A stretch of 63,963 bases of DNA, the filler included, from Octopus bimaculoides (lineage: Eukaryota), in the NCBI RefSeq assembly GCF_001194135.2. It is 7 parts of 7 records of this genome, joined end to end, with 100 filler letters (N's around TTAATTAATTAA, not from the genome) between each part and the next. Parts side by side here need not be neighbours in the genome. Positions count along the whole stretch, not along the records: positions 19,873 to 46,904 come from NC_068993.1; positions 47,005 to 49,382 come from NC_069000.1; positions 49,483 to 58,227 come from NC_069005.1; 4 more parts are not named here. One strand, 5' to 3'. This document shows positions 39,660 to 51,780 of this stretch, in pieces (position 1 is the stretch's first letter; every line of letters starts with the position of its first letter). A program made the translations under genes and the position numbers. The notes under the pieces were generated by a model. That model saw only the letters and a program-made list of their open reading frames with translations, did no database searches and was not told the DNA's origin.

Positions 39660-39945
39660 GGCGCTGGAGAGGCTGTGTGGTAAGTAGCTCGCTTACCAAC
39701 CACATAGTTCCGGGTTCAGTCCCACAGCGTGGCACCTTGGGCAAGTGTCTTCTACTATAGACTCGGGCCGACCAAAGCCTTGTGAGTGGATTTGGTAGAC
39801 GGAAACTGAAATCTGTGTATGTTTGTGTGTCTGTGTTTGTCCCCGCCAACATCGCTTAACAACCGATTATGGTGTGTTTATGTCCCCGCAATTTAGCGGT
39901 TCGGCAAAAGATACTGATAGAATAAGTACTAGGCTTAGAAAGAAA
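39660..39945 (+). mobile_element. SINE family A, 3'-truncated, lacking the internal microsatellite
   Basis: Head and body run ...GGAAACTGAAA straight into TCTGTGTATGTTTGTGTGTCTGTG, ending AAGTACTAGGCTTAGAAAGAA. Confidence 0.88.
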
Positions 39946-39951
39946 TTTATG

Positions 39952-40400
39952 TATTCTTTTATTTATTTCAGTCATTTGATTGCGGCCGCGCTGGAGCAAC
40001 GCCTTTAGTCGAACAGATCAACCCCAGGGCTTATTCTTTGTAAGCCTAGTACATAAACTATCGGGCTATTTTGCCGAACCGCTAGGTTACGGGGACGTAA
40101 ACACACCAACAGCGGTTGTCAAGCCATGATGAGGGAACAGAGATACACAAATACATACATGCATACATACATACATACATACATACACATACACACATTC
40201 ACACACACACACACACATATACACATATACATATACACGACGGGCTTCTTTCAGTTCCCATCTACCAAATTCCCTCACAGGGCTTCGGTCGATACAGGGC
40301 TACAGTAGAACACACTTGCCCAAGTTCCCACGCAGTGGGACTGAGCCCGGAACCATGTGTTTGGGAAGCGAGCTTCTTACAACGCACCTACTCCTGCTCC
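39952..40400 (-). mobile_element. SINE family A, full length, tail-to-tail with the previous copy
   Basis: Reverse complement of tail, body, (CATA/CA)n tract and head. Confidence 0.88.
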
Positions 40401-41311
40401 TATATGTATAGGTTTCGTTCGAGACCCCAAGTTGTCTTGAGCATCGTGAATGATTACTGGGCTACGCTTTTAGTACGCAAACAGAATCTTCGATCGCAGT
40501 TTTTTGAGAAGCGTAATACTGTTCAGATTTATATTACCGTGTTATTCCGGCTCAGCGATAAATGAATCAGTGAGAGACGGGGGATAAATGTATTTACAAA
40601 TTGGCATAATACGTTGAAGCAGATAGCAGATAGCAGATAGCAGATAGCAGATTGCGGGTTTTATATGATTTCTTCGACGGCTCGCAAGTTTGTAAAAAAG
40701 TCACCAAGGTGACGTCTACACAGACATTAAAGTCCACAACGATCTGCTGAGTTAGGTGGTCACAGCAAGCTTGAAAGAAACGCAATGAAACTTGAACTTT
40801 GTCGAGAAATAATAATAATAATAATAATCTACTGCGGAAGTTCGTGCCAAGTAAAACTTGTTCTCAATGCTTCAAAGTTTGACAAGAAGCCAAGAGTACA
40901 TAATCGACTTCAGCAAGAAGTCATGAAACCAATAGTCCATATAACTATTTATCTGTGAAAGACAGAAATTTTTCAAAGAAAACCAAAAACTTCCTGCTGG
41001 CCCAATACACACATATACATCTTTGTATACGTGTATGTGTGTGTATATATATANNNNNNNNNNNNNNNNNNNNNNNNNNNNNNNNNNNNNNNNNNNNNNN
41101 NNNNNNNNNNNNNNNNNNNNNNNNNNNNNNNNNNNNNNNNNNNNNNNNNNNNNNNNNNNNNNNNNNNNNNNNNNNNNNNNNNNNNNNNNNNNNNNNNNNN
41201 NNNNNNNNNNNNNNNNNNNNNNNNNNNNNNNNNNNNNNNNNNNNNNNATATATATATATATATATAAGTATATATACATATATATATTTACTTATTTATA
41301 AATACAATTTT

Positions 41312-41348
<37 letters not shown>

Positions 41349-41940
41349 TAGCACATGTGAATCTTATTCTTTAGTTCTATCGATATGCAGAGTTGTTCAA
41401 TCGAAACGCCCAACAGAATTATTGGTTACTAGACGCTGAAGTCGTGTTATGTAAATACACGTAAATATGGCTACCAACGCGCGCGCGCACATACACAGAC
41501 GCACGTGCACACGCACACACATGCACACGTACACCAAACACATTGGCACAAATAAGGTCACCAAAACATATTCTAAACACACGCATAGATATCGTACATA
41601 CACTTACACTCACACACACAGATACAAATGCATGCATACATACCTAGCTACGTACACAAATACACACACACACAAACAACCACACACCTACACACACACA
41701 CTCACTTGTTCTGAAACGTTGTTTTTTACCCAGTAGACTATTTTACTTAGTGGGTTGTTTCGAAGGAATCCATTTTAGTGTGTGATGTATTTTGTTTAAT
41801 CCTGATTGTCGAGCCGCTAAGTTAGAGGATATAAAGCGACATAACATAAACAGGTGCTACATCGGTGTAGCACGAAGACCTGGGTTTATCAGTATTTATA
41901 TATAAAAATACACACATACACACTAACACACACGCATGAA

Positions 41941-42015
<75 letters not shown>

Positions 42016-42114
42016 GAACATATATATACATATATATGTATGTATATATATAATACATATATATAATATATATAATAATATAAATACAAAAAATATATCT
42101 GCATATATACATAC

Positions 42115-42241
<127 letters not shown>

Positions 42242-42715
42242 CATACACACAGACATTCAGTTGTTTGGTTTTATTAATTTTCTGGGATGGAAAGAGTGGG
42301 ATGAGGTGGGGAGTGAGGTTGGTAAGGCAATGCTGGAAATCAAGAAACCGTGAAACATTTCTCGAAGAAGAAAAAAGAAAATCAATAAATATATAAAATC
42401 AAAAATAACCAAAGAGAAAATCTTACAATTTAGAAAAAAAAAAAAAACTACGTTAAAAATTATATGAAAATACAGAAAATAATGTTACCCGTCTTATACG
42501 CACGAATCGATGAAAAACGCTCTTTTTAAATATCGTTTGAAACAGCAGCTAAAATTTCTTTAATTCACATACTACGGTCTTAAAATACGAAGGACATGAA
42601 GATAAACGACATCCTCGTATTAAAAAAGGTAAATGACAGGATGGATAGGGAAGATTATAGATCTGCCTCTTCAGCTGACCTAGGGTTAAACGACAACAAC
42701 AACAACGACAACAAC

Positions 42716-42784
<69 letters not shown>

Positions 42785-42970
42785 GTCGCCATTACTAGTG
42801 ATCACTCCAAACACCATGATGTTGACTGGATGTTTGATTTTTATCACTCTCGGTACATGTCCTCAGATTGCACTTTACTCAGATTGACACCCAAACACTC
42901 TGAAATGTTCGAAGTGGAGCTTCCGGCGCGAATGCCAAGCATTACAGCATGTCGTTTCCAAATTTCTAGC

Positions 42971-43071
42971 AGAGTGAATTCCATCATGTTGCTGGTTTTC
43001 TCTTAGACAGTGCCCAACTGACCCTACTATATTGCGTAGTCGACAAGATCAAAAACAAATAGTGCACATGC
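42971..43071 (+). repeat. Unclassified ~100-bp dispersed repeat, copy 1
   Basis: GAGTGAATT.CAT.ATG.TGCTG.TTTTCTC..AGA..GT.CCCAACTGACCCTACTATA.TG.GTAGT.GACAA.ATCAAAAACAAA recurs at 63042-63145. Confidence 0.65.
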
Positions 43072-43138
43072 ATATATATATATATATATATACATATATA
43101 TATGTGCATATATATATATATATATATNNNNNNNNNNT

Positions 43139-43191
<53 letters not shown>

Positions 43192-43595
43192 AATAGGCAA
43201 TTGGTGCTCTCAGTATGTTGCCATTTATGTTTTACTTTAAAGAAGCAATAGCCTTAGACCAATAGAAATTCAGAGATTCCAGATGATGAAAATTTCCTCC
43301 AATTGTTTTCAGTTTTATCATTCATAATAGCTGTTAATTGTGCTGCACTAACTGTGTTAATTACGCAAGAGAAACTTGATTAATATTATATTGCATAACA
43401 TAAATTATATTTAAATATTAAAAAAATCGCAATAAATAATCTGTTTTTATTCGGTATTATCTCCATCTCTTCAGGGTAGCTTTATGAGATTTTTCTCAAT
43501 TTCTCTATTAAAAAAAATGTTAGTCTGAAAGTGCAGGTCATTACTCATGTCCTTTAATTACATTGTTTAGATTCCCTGAGACTTTTAGCAGGAAT

Positions 43596-43768
43596 TGAGG
43601 AACTTATTTACATTATTTACATTTGACGGATATTTGTCCTCATCTTGTTTGTTGTTAACACAACGTTTCGGCTGATATACCATACCTTCCAGCCTTCATC
43701 AGGTGTCTTGGGGAAATTTCGAACCTGGGTTCTCATTCCTAAGGTATTTTTCGATGTTATTATTATTA

Positions 43769-43846
<78 letters not shown>

Positions 43847-43922
43847 TCACTGCTTGGTATCGATCTCGGAATCTTGGGGTTAGTAGCCCGCGCTCTTAAC
43901 CACTACGCCATATGCCCGTGGA
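43596..43922 (-). mobile_element. Composite SINE-like element: tRNA-like head, (AAT)n, Penelope-like 3' segment
   Basis: Minus-strand head GGCATATGGCGTAGTGGTTAAGAGCGCGGGCTACTAACCCCAAGATTCCGAGATCGATACCAAG (A and B boxes), then (AAT)n at 43758-43843, then CCTGATGAAGGCTGG...CAGCCGAAACGTTG, which resembles Penelope terminal motifs. Confidence 0.6.
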
Positions 43923-45434
43923 ACTTATTTCCTAACGGGAGAGTTGGGTCGAATGCTTGCAAAAACTCCGCTAAAGTCTCCCAAATATCCACGTGGCGGT
44001 GTTAAACCGGAAAGTGGCTTAAGTCTTTAACCCGACAACTCAGAACCCGAAGTGGTGGAAGACACCACTCAGATCATATTCTACGTTTCGGGGGTGGTGT
44101 TTTATCAACCTGCGAAAGGATGAAAAGGGAAGTTGAGCTCGACGGATGCAGAGACGGAGAAAATATCAGCAGACATTTTCTCCGACGTTCTAATGAGTCT
44201 ACCACATCGCCGCTTGTAAGTGAAAGTTTTAAGTTTTTAAATTTGCTAAGCAAATAGTTTCCAGTAGCTTCATTAGGAGTTGGTTGGCTACCGAGACACT
44301 GCCTTTAGGCCAAACACTGTTTCGATTTTAATTCGTATATACCAAAATACTTTATTCGAAGTAACTAGAAAACTGTTTTTATCGATCTGTCGAGCCTGAG
44401 TGACAATTAAGTAGTAATATCTGTCGAACGCTGTATTTATGCTGTCTGTAAATAATTGTTAATAAAAAAGAAAATATTTAATGATTTAAACTTCACTAAT
44501 GTAAGATCTCCAAGGTTTCCTGCAGCAAGGATTTTGTGATAGAAATTCTTATAAGCAATAAATATAAAACATGATGGAAACAAAGAGAGGTAGAGAGAAG
44601 AGAAAGACAAAGAGAGAATAGAGACAGAGATGTGAGAGAGAGGAGAGAAGAAAGAGAGTGAGAGAGAGAGAGAGGAAAGAGAATAGGTGGAGTTCTGTAG
44701 TTCAAATTGACTACAGTGCAGTACAGTACAGGGTGTAGTTTATTGAAGCTGATAATGATACATAACAAAATTACTTCTCGACAAAGAACTGGGGTACTGA
44801 CGCCTCTGTTCTTGTCACGCAACTCTGCCAAATAAACCTTTTATCTACCAGATAATTCTTATCTAGGTTTCAAATGTTTGGGAGAGCTCCAGAAGAAAGA
44901 CAGAAAGCTGGAAAAGTTTTTCATGTTTCTCAATTCCGAGTATCAACCCCGTATTTTTTAAAATTCTTTTGGTGAAATGGTCACGCCTCCTCGTGTTTGT
45001 CTGTATCTTAATCTCTGGTGTCGTTATCGTTATTGTTATTCAAGTCGTTTAAATTGTTCAAAATTATGTTATTTTCTGTCGAAAATCATTATTTACTGCT
45101 GTTAAAATAAATGTAATCTTCTGAAAAAAGTTTATTTGTAAAAACTGGTTTTGGTCTCCTTCTGTGGGGTGTTTCTCGATGCTGGAACATTTTGTTTGTT
45201 TACAAGTGGTGAAAAAAGAAAAAGAAAAAAAGAAAGAAAATTGCAAATTAGAGTAATTTTCTCCCTAAAAGTTGGGTAGAATTAAGGCAAACAATTGATT
45301 TTCCAATTCTCTACTTAGAAGTTCTGTATTAACAAAAAAAAACCAATGTTTCTTCCTTGAAGCTTTTACTGGGTAATTTACTTCGGTTTTTAAAAGAAAT
45401 AAACGCAACACGTCGACAATATCAAAACACAACT

Positions 45435-45435
45435 A

Positions 45436-45493
<58 letters not shown>

Positions 45494-45630
45494 GCTGCTG
45501 CTGCTACTGATACTGCTGCTGCTGCTACTACTACTACTACTACTATTACTACTACTACTACTACTAACAACAACAACAACGACGATAATAATAATAATGA
45601 TAATAATAATAATAGTAATAATAATAATGA
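45435..45630. repeat. Compound trinucleotide array (CTA)-(CTG)-(CTA)-(CAA)-(CGA)-(TAA)
   Basis: Directly visible. Confidence 0.95.
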
Positions 45631-46463
45631 TGAGAAGAATAAGGAAAATATTAAAAGCTAGAAGTGTATATTAAATAACTTAAACAACAAAAGATGGCGA
45701 ATACAAATACAGGGCTAAAATAAGTGCGGATTCAACGAAGAAAGTTTTCCAAAAAGGATTTTAGATTTTAGCTAAAAACTATAGGAAAAGAAAACACCAT
45801 ACAACAAACCAAAATAAATCTCCCTACCTAATATTAATGTAAAGAAAAGAAAAAAAAAACCCTTAAAGTAGATACGCTGAAATATTGCGCAAAAATATAT
45901 AAGATAAAAAAACAAAACATTTTGTTAGCTAATTATTAAGATATAAGAAAGTGGTATTTTAAACTAACATCAAAATAAAATTACATTGAAAGCTTTCTCG
46001 AGTTTTAATTTAAGTTGTGAGTGATTCAATACGGCTTACACTATCTAATACATAATAGTTTTTATCGAAAATCAAATTAATTCTGTCAGATAAAATGTAG
46101 CTGCATATCTTCAGTTTGTTAAACAAAAACGTAAAATGAGAAGAAAAAGAAAGAATAAAAATCTGAGGTAAAAAAAAACAGCCCGAAAAACACACGAACG
46201 AACAAATATATAGAAAATTCATTGAGAAAATAAAAATAAAACAGAACTAAGAAAATGGCGAAAAAGAAATAAAGAAGTAAAGGAAACAAGGGGAGATAAT
46301 ATATTTAGAAACAAAAAGAACCCATTTCTTTATTTCACGACGTGTTGCGAGATTTAGAATAAAATATTAAGCGACTTGAATTTAATATATGTATATATGT
46401 GTGTATGTAACTGTGTATGTACGTATATATGTTTTATGTATGTGTATATATGCATACATACAT

Positions 46464-46517
<54 letters not shown>

Positions 46518-46647
46518 GCAAATATCGAATTACAATTATTGGAATGCAAACACCATCAGAAATTTTAAAAGAACACATAGCTACACTCTTTCATAAGATA
46601 ATGTCAATATTAGCATCTATAAAAAGGGAGAGAGATGTTGATGACTA

Positions 46648-46683
<36 letters not shown>

Positions 46684-46714
46684 GTTTGTGTGTCTGTGTC
46701 TGTCTGCGTAGCTG

Positions 46715-46805
<91 letters not shown>

Positions 46806-47431
46806 CTATGGACGGACGGTAGACGTGTCGGCTCTGTAAGTTTTGCCTTTTTTCATGTTTTAAAAAGTTTGTTTGTAAAATTTATTTTATATACAAAGTT
46901 GTATNNNNNNNNNNNNNNNNNNNNNNNNNNNNNNNNNNNNNNNNNNNNTTAATTAATTAANNNNNNNNNNNNNNNNNNNNNNNNNNNNNNNNNNNNNNNN
47001 NNNNTCCTCCCATCCGCCCCTCTTCCAAGTGGAGAGAAGGTTCCAGAATTGAACACGCTTCGCTAGACAGCTACCACAAAATACACACGTTATACCAAGC
47101 CAGACCACAATGCAATGTCCGGACAGACAGGCCAGTGATGATTATAATATGTTTCAGGGGTAGTCAAGTGAGAAATGACATGTATTTTTATTACTTGTTA
47201 TTTATTATTTATAAGACGTCTTAAAAATGGAGTCTGTTTTTTGTTTTTTTTTTGCGTGCGTGATAATAGCAAACAAAGAAATCTATCTTATTAAGAAGGT
47301 GGATGTTACGGCTGGAGGAACCGACATTGTTATGACTATATCAATTTTGTAAGTGTGTTGCTGTTGTTGTTATTGTTGTTGCTGTTGTTGTGGTGATCGT
47401 GGCTCTTTCTCTCTCTCTCACTCACACACAC

Positions 47432-47498
<67 letters not shown>

Positions 47499-48287
47499 CT
47501 AATCTCTTTTTCCCCCGCCTCGCAGATTTAACCGTCGGGAATGAGCTTAATTGCCATTGTAAACCGTAACAATTCTTTTCCGTCACTTCCTTCATATGTT
47601 GTTGGTCCTCCTCCTCCTCCTCTTCNNNNNNNNNNNNNNNNNNNNNNNNNNNNNNNNNNNNNNNNNNNNNNNNNNNNNNNNNNNNNNNNCCACCACCACC
47701 ACCACCACCACTGAATCTCCCTCAAATTTCACCTTAGGTAATGTGTTCCAAGATTCCATTTACATAAGAAAAATGTGGGATGGTCACAGCTGCCATTACC
47801 TTTAATCATAGGACTACTCGATCAAGGTAGGACTGGGGTTAAATAACAACGACAACAAAAACGATAACAACTACAATATCTATTTTAACATTTTCCTTTC
47901 GGAATGAGTGATGTAAGGTATGAGGTAAACTCCATGTGAATTGAGTTGAGTCAGCGACTCACTTTCAATAGTTTATTGTTTTCTCTTTCGCTCCGCATAC
48001 TCCACGCTCTTCATTACGTCTCTTTGTCATTACATAAGAGTCTCTCACCCGCTATCCCCGCCTCCCACTTATCTGTCACTTTCTCTTTATTCGTCACTTC
48101 CAACCCCGATCCTACTTTTCGTTACTCTATCTACCTCTCCCACTCACTTTACTCTCTTACACTTTCTTTCTCACTAACAGTCTTTTCGTCTTTTCCTTCA
48201 TTCTCCCACCTTACCTCATCGTTCACGCAACCATTGGCGATGCCTTCGTGTCTTAGAACTGCGTTCTCTTAATATTTAGTTTTTTTA

Positions 48288-48565
48288 GGGCGGCGAACTG
48301 GCAGAAACGTTAGCACGTCGGGCGAAATGCTTAGCGGTATTTCGTCAGCCGTTATGTTCCGAGTTCAAATTCCGCCTAGGTCGACTTTACCTTTCATCCT
48401 TTCGGGGTCGATTAAATAAGTACCAGTTACGCACTGGGGTCGATATAATCGACTTTATCCGTTGTCTTTCCTTGTTTGTCCCCTCTATGTTTAGCCCCTT
48501 GTGGGCAGTAAAGAAATAAGAAAAGTTAGCACGCCGGGCGAAATACTTAGCGGTATTTCGTCTGT
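48288..48565 (+). mobile_element. SINE family B, long-tail variant, followed at once by a second partial head
   Basis: GGCGGCGAACTGGCAGAAACGTTAGCACG...GAGTTCAAATTCCGCC...TTTAGCCCCTTGTGGGCAGTAAAGAAATAAG, then AAAGTTAGCACGCCGGGCGAAATACTTAGCGGTATTTCGTC again. Confidence 0.85.
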
Positions 48566-48699
48566 AAAATAAAATATCAAAATGTAACACCAAAAATATA
48601 AAACATACTCTTACACTGAAATGGTACAGAGGTAGGAAATATCGACCTATCTTATGTACCTTGCACAATACATCCTAAAATGTGTCGTTGACAAACGAT

Positions 48700-48960
48700 A
48701 ATATTACTTTGTATGTCTCCTGAGTACATGTTGAGTAAATTTGTGAATGCTAAACGCAGAACGCAAAGGGAAACGAAGCCTTGGCTTGTGGCGTTCATTT
48801 GGCGGTTGTTTGATCTTGTGACGTCACTGTCGCAACGCCTCGGTGTGAACACAGCATGGCGGTCGATGACCACTTCCGAAAGATGTTATCTGTGAAAAGT
48901 ATTGAGCTTCTTCCGCTCGGTCAACTGTCGTTGTATCGGTGCGTAGGTGTGTTTATCTGT
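48700..48960. promoter_or_regulatory. Candidate housekeeping-type (possibly bidirectional) promoter or first exon
   Basis: Locally CpG-rich unique sequence. Palindrome GTGACGTCAC (CRE) at 48818-48827, CATGGCGG (YY1-like / Kozak ATG) at 48855-48862, CACTTCCG (ETS) at 48871-48878. Possible donors: GTGCGT at 48939 (+) and GTAATA at 48707 (-). Confidence 0.4.
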
Positions 48961-49112
48961 CTATGGAGGTCTGTGTGTTTGTGTGCTTTTTGTGTGCGTT
49001 TGCATATCTGTATACTAGACACAAACACCAGCACGCGTGTACGTTTGCACAGTTACTTATTCAAGGTGGTCAATCGATCGCTATGCAACCCCCCACACAC
49101 ACACACACACAT

Positions 49113-49235
49113 GTATATAAAAGTCAATGTCTGTGTGTCCGTGTGTTACTTGTAGACTCGAAAACTACTGGACCGATCCTAATGAAATTTGGAACACAAA
49201 ATCCAAGCCTAGGGAGAAGGGTAATGCATAGATCA
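49113..49235 (+). mobile_element. Terminal segment of a non-autonomous Helitron-like element (Lep1-type pattern)
   Basis: TATATAAAAGTCAATGTCTGTGTGTCC...AAAACTACTGGACCGATCCTAATGAAATTTGG resembles the AACTACTGGACCGATTTTGATGAAATTTGG motif I recall from animal non-autonomous Helitrons. Confidence 0.55.
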
Positions 49236-49869
49236 CATAGATGGCGGCAGTGGTGGTGGTATTGGTGGTGGTGGGGGTGGATGGTATTGGTGGGGGTGGT
49301 AGTGTTGGTGGAGGCGGTGGCGGGAATTTTGACGACAATGATAGTGATTAAGTCAGCAACGAAAGCAGCAATTTTAATTATGNNNNNNNNNNNNNNNNNN
49401 NNNNNNNNNNNNNNNNNNNNNNNNNNTTAATTAATTAANNNNNNNNNNNNNNNNNNNNNNNNNNNNNNNNNNNNNNNNNNNNTGTATATGTATATGCAAA
49501 TCTGTTTATTAGATTAGGTAATAGGCGTAGATGTATAGCTACGTGTATGTGTATGAGTCTATTTCTATTTATACATGTGTGTATATATAAATGGATACAT
49601 ATGTGTATATGGGGACATGCACACATGTGTATATTTGTATATGCGTGGGTACGTATGTGCATATGTATAAATGTGGACGTATGAGTGTATATATATGTGT
49701 GTATGTATATATATATATATATGTATATACAAGTGCACATATGTATGTATATGTATATACATATATATATATATATGTGTGTGTGTGTGTATCAGTATGC
49801 ATGTATGTGTGTGTTTGTGTATATGTATTTATTAATGCATGTACGTTCTCACACATTTATAGGTATGTG

Positions 49870-50250
49870 TTGTCCAACCCACTATCCGGCAGCGTTCTGC
49901 TGGTTGGGAGAGAAAGAATAAGGGTTGCACTCGACTGACAGAGAGGAAGAAAGGGTATAGATAACCTTGTCCCTTTTTGATTCCGGCCTTAAGCTGCTCT
50001 TCGAATGGCGACTGAAGGACGAAGAGGGTGGAGAAAGAAATGCCTTCTATTATATAGTTTATGGCCAGGATGTAGGTCAAATCCTAAACAAAGGACTGGC
50101 CCTTCAGTGAATAGTATACGGGTTTTAGGTCAAGTGTTTCCCATTAATTACCCGGAGTGGAGATGCAAAGACAAAGGAATTTCAGACTTGTTTGACATGC
50201 AACAAGCGAGTGGATTCGGTTTCGGATCTCAGGCGGAGTCAAGCGAGGTT
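49870..50250 (+). mobile_element. Possible L1/Tx1-type LINE C-terminal and 3' remnant
   Basis: Fragments LFEWRLK / RVEKEMPS..F.ARM loosely recall Tx1-type C-termini. Weak, by eye only. Confidence 0.25.
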
Positions 50251-50279
50251 CCTACATGTGTGTGTGCGTGTGTGTGTGT

Positions 50280-50318
<39 letters not shown>

Positions 50319-50961
50319 NNNNNNNNNNNNNNNNNNNNNNNNNNNNNNNNNNNNNNNNNNNNNNNNNNNNNNNNNNNNNNNNNNNNNNNNNNNNNNNNNN
50401 NNNNNNNNNNNNNNNNNNNNNNNNNNNNNNNNNNNNNNNNNNNNNNNNNNNNNNNNNNNNNNNNNNNNNNNNNNNNNNNNNNNNNNNNNNNNNNNNNNNN
50501 NNNNNNNNNNNNNNNNNNNNNNNNNNNNNNNNNNNNNNNNNNNNNNNNNNNNNNNNNNNNNNNNNNNNNNNNNNNNNNNNNNNNNNNNNNNNNNNNNNNN
50601 NNNNNNNNNNNNNNNNNNNNNNNNNNNNNNNNNNNNNNNNNNNNNNNNNNNNNNNNNNNNNNNNNNNNNNNNNNNNNNNNNNNNNNNNNNNNNNNNNNNN
50701 NNNNNNNNNNNNNNNNNNNNNNNNNNNNNNNNNNNNNNNNNNNNNTATATATATATATATATATATATATTCATTATATGTATATATGTATGAATAAGTG
50801 GGAGTGCGTGTGTGTATGAGGGAATGAAAGGAATGGAAGAAGTAGATATGCACTACATACGTTTCAAAAATGCATGGGATTTGTGTTACGTAATAGTGAA
50901 AATATTACATAATTTTAGCATACAACTGATCATCAGGTGTAACTTTTTGCGAGATCACTTA

Positions 50962-51110
50962 TAGGGTCGACGATGATGATTCAGCTATTCGATCAACTGG
51001 ATTTACCTGCTCACTAAATTAATGTTTAAATGAGTGAGCATTCGGCAGACATGTACACTTAACGTTTCTGTGGAAAAATCAGCGGGACAAAGTTTTACTG
51101 TGTACGACAT
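50962..51110 (-). mobile_element. SINE family D 3' body, diverged
   Basis: GTCGACGATGATGATTCAGCTATTCGATCAACTGG...TTAACGT...AATCAGCG.GACA; overlaps in pattern with the start of the 3608 copy. Confidence 0.5.
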
Positions 51111-51497
51111 GGTTCTCTTGAATTACAGACACAGTCCATTCGACGAGTTTCTATACACTTTCCATCAACCCAATTTTACTCACAAAGTCTTGGTGAACTA
51201 GAGACGATAGTGAACTTCTTAATCATTCGTTCTCACTACACGCGCGTCGCGCACGCACATATTATTTGTTTCAGATATTTGGGCAGCAACCGCACCGGGG
51301 CGCGCTATCTTGAAGGGTTTAGTCAAACAAATCGACTACAGTATATTTCTTTTAACGTGGTATTTATTTTACCGGTCATTTTTACTGAACTGCCATGTTA
51401 CGAGGACATAAACAAATCCACACCGGTTGTCGAATGGTGAAAAGCACGCAGGTCATCTTGAGATGGCTCTTTTCCTGTTCACGTTCTTCCACTATCT

Positions 51498-51780
51498 CAG
51501 TGGTTATCAAGTGGGGGTCCATACGGCCCCTGGGGGTCCATATAAGATTTGTGGGGACCCACACTAGCAAAATAGTAAATTGGGGATCCAAGGTAATGAG
51601 TTAAGGGTTCATTAAATTTTTTTGATTAAATGTATGTATTGCAAGAAACGGTTAGGTTTCTTTCTCTAACATTTTACATCCTTCAACCAATACAAGTGAA
51701 TGAGGGAATATCGAAATAAGAATTATGAAAGAAGTATCTATAAAATTAGCTTTTAAGCGAGGGAACCCTTAACTACTAAA
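51498..51780 (+). mobile_element. hAT-type MITE, copy 1
   Basis: Starts CAGTGGTTATCAAG.GGGGGTCCATA.GGCCCCTGGGGGTCCA (hAT/Charlie-like terminus CAGTGGTT). 51630-51755 is the reverse complement of 56170-56300. Confidence 0.65.

Noticed and set aside
40570-40900. Possible additional Tc1/mariner remnant on the minus strand (PPNSAD motif)
   Set aside because: Only one short motif resembles WPPNSPDL; flanking residues do not support it.
47527-47570. Strong-looking acceptor CTCTTTTTCCCCCGCCTCGCAG
   Set aside because: The pyrimidine tract derives from the adjacent microsatellite, there is no convincing donor, and two of three frames close at once.
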